DNA of 58,556 nt. Source: a virus (taxonomy: Duplodnaviria; Caudoviricetes). Both the position numbers and the translations under genes were made by a program. Positions within the stretch are counted from its first letter, which is position 1. Every line of letters begins with the position of its first letter. The notes beneath the pieces were generated by a model. It made no database searches, was not told the DNA's origin, and saw only the letters and a list, made by a program, of their open reading frames with translations. Shown here in pieces: positions 57,101 through 58,556 of the stretch. The DNA lies in IMG/VR virus record IMGVR_UViG_3300042363_000211, positions 1 through 58,556 of that record; one strand, given 5' to 3'.

Positions 57101-58556
57101 GCTTTGCTGCTGACTTCTCGTTCTTGAACGGCCTGCCGAACTGCTTGCCACCAAGTTTCGGGGTCTTCTTCTTTGCGTCGTCAACAACTTCAGTCTTCGG
57201 AAGAGTCTCATCAAGCGTAGGCATTGGTGGTTCGCCAGGAATCTCACCTACGGGTTTCGGCTTGCTTTCCTTCTTTGGCTTCTTGACCGGGTCGGTCATT
57301 CCCCATGCGACTTCGTTTCCTTTATGATCGAAAGAAGCAACAGGTTCAATACCTAAAGCTTGAAGTTTCTCGTCGTCAACAAGAGTGGCAAGCCCGTTAT
57401 CTAATTTGACAACATGGAGATGGTCGCCCTCTTCAAAGTCTTTGTCTGGATAGACGCTGTTCTTGATGTTTCGAGCCTGATCAATGGCTGTATCGGTGGT
57501 GGCAAACTTTCCTCCACCAGACCAACCAGCCGTATCATCAAGAGCTTTCTGGCTTGTTGAATCTTTCTTCTTCTTTACTGGTGCGCCATCACGCGCAATC
57601 ATTGAACCGGCCTTGTAGGAAGCAATTGGCTTAGCCTTCATGGCTTTCATGCGTTCGTCGTCAACGACAATCATCTTGCCGTCTTCGTCCTTTACGACAT
57701 GAAATACGACATCTTTCTTCTTGCTTGATGCGTCCTTTGCTCCAAGGAGTGCAGAGTTCTGATCTTTGTGGGCGGTACCAAATGCTTTACCAGGGAGTTT
57801 CTCTTCCGATACGGCAGTAGCGGTCATATCCTCAGCAGCGGCTGATCCAGATGGTTTCTTCTTCCAGTTCTCAATCGCTTCGGCCCACGCATCAGGTTCT
57901 TCTACAACTTCAGGTGTCTTTGGTGTTGGCGTTACCGCTTCTGGGATATCGGCTTCAGGAGCATCTGCTTCTGGTGCCTTCGGCTTGCGTGGCTTCTCTG
58001 GTACTTCTGAAGGTTTGTCTGTCGGGGAAAGACCGAGATAGTCCATCACCCTTGTCTTCTTCGGCTTCTTCGGCTTCAGTTTCCTTGCTTCAACACGAGA
58101 AGCGACATCGTCAAGACGACCTGCAATACGCTCTTTGAGTGGCCCACGCTGTTCGCGCCTGCTCTGCCTCTCATCAAGCTTGTCTGCGCCTTGTTCAAGA
58201 ATGTTTGCAAGCCTGCGCTTGCCTTTCTTGATCTTCCTCTTGGCGCGCTGGGTGATGCTAGGGCGTTCCCATGGAGTGTTGTCTTGAACTAACCCGTCAC
58301 CGTCAGCGTCCTGCGCATCGGGGTCATAAGCCTGTGCCCCTCTGCCGATGCTACCGAGGGCTTTGATATCAATGTTGCCGATGCGATCAGCCCAGACAAT
58401 CATTGAATCGGCATTAGCAAGAGACTTGTGAGCGATTTGCGCCCGTGAAGAGAAAGACTTTGTCGCTACTTCAATGCGATCAGAGTGAACCCGGTCAAGA
58501 GAACCGTACGGAAGACTTTGATCTAAGGGGTAGACGATTACATCAACGTCAGAAGA
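48192..58556 (-). CDS. Giant (>3450 aa) multidomain protein with HVV repeats and a HipA/PI3K-PI4K-like kinase domain; 5' end lies outside the window
   Basis: The frame stays open for 51 codons upstream of ATG 58403 to the window edge (SSDVDVIVYP...ATKSFSS...HKSLAN). Kinase motifs FVLKS, ARELFG, DRQGHN and IDHGNAF; DADGDGLVQD near the visible N-terminus. Confidence 0.85.
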   Translation of the reverse strand, partial: SSDVDVIVYPLDQSLPYGSLDRVHSDRIEVATKSFSSRAQIAHKSLANADSMIVWADRIGNIDIKALGSIGRGAQAYDPDAQDADGDGLVQDNTPWERPSITQRAKRKIKKGKRRLANILEQGADKLDERQSRREQRGPLKERIAGRLDDVASRVEARKLKPKKPKKTRVMDYLGLSPTDKPSEVPEKPRKPKAPEADAPEADIPEAVTPTPKTPEVVEEPDAWAEAIENWKKKPSGSAAAEDMTATAVSEEKLPGKAFGTAHKDQNSALLGAKDASSKKKDVVFHVVKDEDGKMIVVDDERMKAMKAKPIASYKAGSMIARDGAPVKKKKDSTSQKALDDTAGWSGGGKFATTDTAIDQARNIKNSVYPDKDFEEGDHLHVVKLDNGLATLVDDEKLQALGIEPVASFDHKGNEVAWGMTDPVKKPKKESKPKPVGEIPGEPPMPTLDETLPKTEVVDDAKKKTPKLGGKQFGRPFKNEKSAAKRANELSSADGSLYHVVETDQGFRVVDQDRLDAMGIKPVYTSDQKYFKPAPAFKPKEDATPNADKGKIVDESPTWTGGPQEIPNLKNWPLIGKHPESSWDKLSTDGDAATLKKVREAWKDMRDSIGKEGPAVDWANKYIKILDEKIKAAETNTQDGIKPEKQSKPKKITTGQSGQIQFAMAILKEDLTKPSSEWTNGDKDSFEMSIAELDDILDSYEQNKVVDILREELAKINGSYLKTMEKVPTKKELDDALEAKLSTLADAESLNASMAGVYSDKELTEYKKVFEKALAELESLTPMEIQAFGAYNDYEDELVGIRNNIAIIDLTIGTGKDIQDVVDEFFKAELDKSKVEKKKLSLKEHDSLKDELDAMLQGLYGPSWDGKSKPKPDQKLVDAWYEKLDGFETDGSVEPIPSGSTQPPYIVSVETLKEMAETYGMKRSASKEVVDAGDVLESTGLPKRFTKEMTALETVAAKKFKDSVGANYEAYTKPDGSFDSKKWIADRKKAEKDYQASVAMYTAIPNQENLDKYLDAHARSLLLSNSFAKASKYFETKKSVKNNKPLGKDENPTWFNPATGAVMDPMTDLGPDLSLDAWVDGKGQDIADMNGTTVREEAKSHFKDVESQMKEIADDLKPGGKYDGYDKLKLMDALAERMLGSEDPAEMDAAEVFIRLLETEAITGLTPKDFKNAAKTYGLAAKKKIKAMGTEEKESPTGSALSGYKNTVKEILGSDKDTIDKMNDLWDLKYEIDKYSSDLKIDEEIDKAAEMDAASNDVYKEIEQLSLNLDTEKAMEIAPKLDMETNNVANLIDNFQDTDVANWTESQKADWLNQHATIKYELESLGKDGPLGDLVTEQLDYLDAALEDFENAFDTSGFKGSWYLDSDKKIYNIVNAENIFNEISDSTLSDEQKLQALDDLRKQLTDYISDLKIDDETGKVNELQSLMLDIDYTREKLAEEIGYKISGEDLFSPQNLPKSVSVKETASMSQAERDIHYESVIGELDAKLDKAKKALDYEAIKNIINEKGDLLKKKLLEDFDYAQNNPKKVSPDSPVPFKTSKQIDAADKDNATELVISTELGAAKDNLIDYLGKSGIADTSLLYLEETNLPDGETGEQWVVKSVAGERALRKSLVEKLRSKVENGDDIGEIAALRTHLHNFDVLTRDGSYSSENAPDMTAIDRFNHLGPSAQKGIIKSLSNSEVDFKKAALAKIGTKKQTKKQVAEDIKKIEESVNPPEPEAPKIQNTSASAVSAQIEEVKAGGGKINQAFIDAAPEGAILGVVSDWEKANQEVNDGNAPKFKGKTGILHYFENDDSKVGYWVDEKFTKNDELGAWQETVPHMYSYDGKDSDGNPIPAGVIGGSIATQWVKGDFTPSEGSPLFEKASLSTSDEYSLINDIVNPFEHAFMDSSSKNFDNINLYSTDAGKTFDKDFYEKFGSNGGVVVKDSDGLFHVVKRSEWKALTGEQQDQFAVIRDIKPVWSTWAGSEVGTGKLPNDFVDLTESEKLDVVTAWMNQPAMTLDGFPNAYALQNSGLISSTSDLLGLDNEESRQNIAHYVEQVQVEINNGKGPDEEMAFYSVKFGDADPVILRIKGSNILLADKYPAIFQKIGGFDSSGSYTDYVGEMTSDSSKTIGKVLSNPDDNDWMEAEGIDAAATFAVANNWAEKLDGGGSSLASKKLEEANVRLADMKKQFDMVFDGKDISKMSEDEIKAAFTEKGLDHDSFVTKMRSTLIRRQAAKAWLANNAAYNLDSMETVAEVNKNLLAGVYNDPKDLLPAINDATEQANIAKKMMEEAAEALNSGVLGDKSTAEHITDYISAKQKMKASIGTEKQIKEIASQFKDKKYAGKTVLIVDGEERFLKQGSVFHENSPSVQQAADVATAIAPILKQGQQLGIFKISDDKYAVIDMEEAINANMAAPEAIFTNAVPGSIPIADATDVMDLMTSPGMPKVKEGYAGIENLGVSAPNGVAIGKFVPSGLPTDASDELIATEAAKLDDFIATGGSLADVPNDLLLEAIWQHREGAGKSGRFKFLSKASGYNDSYAPDEKKKTHRFLDTATGHTFVLKSATRNDQEGARELFGNQVMQTLGFPSSGGRTASVIFTAPNKYAQYSHPDSNPESEQFSVLLESSEMLYEGKNLGHVRDMPKAEREEVISRLTPESLAGGVVMDSMFRYYDRQGHNWIAVENPDGTVQYHPIDHGNAFGDFKQHKFFDKDGNKMPKGANSQATEDKLGFMFTGLDGDGTWKLAKESMTTPERKQRFAEAVLHAVHRAETTDYAEEAEKLISGQNLSGANAATVRKSAQRLDEKKARIASYVDPMLKELGMSDEEIATARQTVENEVGTGLLKASKTPKKVTSPGQTVSKMTKAEPIAGEEAFGNAPALPNAKTVTSALEAAQANVGSHHYVSIGGGQVKGGARIHVTPVAGGAPNLTTMTLAIDDNEAKALAASLAAKIDASGSGVEILSIGGQHKFFRTDNGVLKADPRTADLGDPNGYNSNLTEIGGTAGDTASAHIIAKTEEGHVIIVNTGTAGSAYSTAGTVQVHFAGDTAPTPQQVHDVLAKIGIKDSGYTADDQWKAQAAELLVRTYDGFDPTKMKEPLGTRLARVASEQGLTVNDLEPYFDSMGRMRFRLSDEAWARVQTNNPGLKESGHVMIKTMNAYADEANITRMITSGGVLSKADQVTAGFGLGGTSVGGGGGGASAQEDLGTGGGKGVFMTPVATTGKHKDVWTTRGTDVIFDGEAMLRDIGWWAHGPHDGPFGVINPDSGRINSVSSKTSVGNMSKKETFEFLPDGAATLDKMKGVVLNGGYSANRRLNLIKIYKDQGIDEINGIPVEDFFIASPDGARKMLGPNFSSSSLHGFSVASKSSLNKPTEELVVLPGDIPTNLNSAYFYWGDKGLKKTPNVTTAKKRALKAASENADVKFHVVRDAAGNYRVLSNLGLEQLIGKNAAVTVYNTFFNGAEIDVPGKTVA

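Noticed and set aside
689-58138. Numerous antisense ORFs in the track (e.g. 4562-5119, 14299-14850, 56407-56988)
   Set aside because: They lie opposite well-supported genes and reflect codon bias.

Overview
The window is a gene-dense segment of a tailed dsDNA phage genome with a contractile tail (myovirus morphotype). The host is probably actinobacterial, inferred from TAnnnT leaderless promoters and gene content. From left to right, mostly on the minus strand: tail fibres, baseplate, tape measure, tube, sheath and head-tail genes (1-21.9 kb); a ParB/PAPS-reductase-like cluster, recombination genes (RuvC, RecB-like exonuclease, Rad52/Sak) and an HNH nuclease (22-31.5 kb); TerL and a divergently transcribed portal-MuF fusion (31.6-35.3 kb); a C5 DNA methyltransferase split over four coupled ORFs plus an overprinted ORF, a class II RNR and a 2OG-Fe(II) hydroxylase (35.5-41.3 kb); and an HK97-fold major capsid gene (41.4-42.7 kb). 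Directly upstream of the capsid gene are two giant multidomain ORFs (about 1530 aa and more than 3450 aa) carrying Zeta-toxin, metallopeptidase, HipA/PI3K-like kinase and possibly ART-like domains. In three places a module opens with a K-[AS]-L...DxDxDG leader. The best candidates for new biology are (1) these putative protease-processed, head-packaged effector polyproteins, (2) the multi-subunit, multi-TRD methyltransferase locus and (3) the double PAPS-reductase/double ParB module. All family calls come from motif recognition by eye; no database searches were run. I saw no tRNA, rRNA, CRISPR array or integrase.
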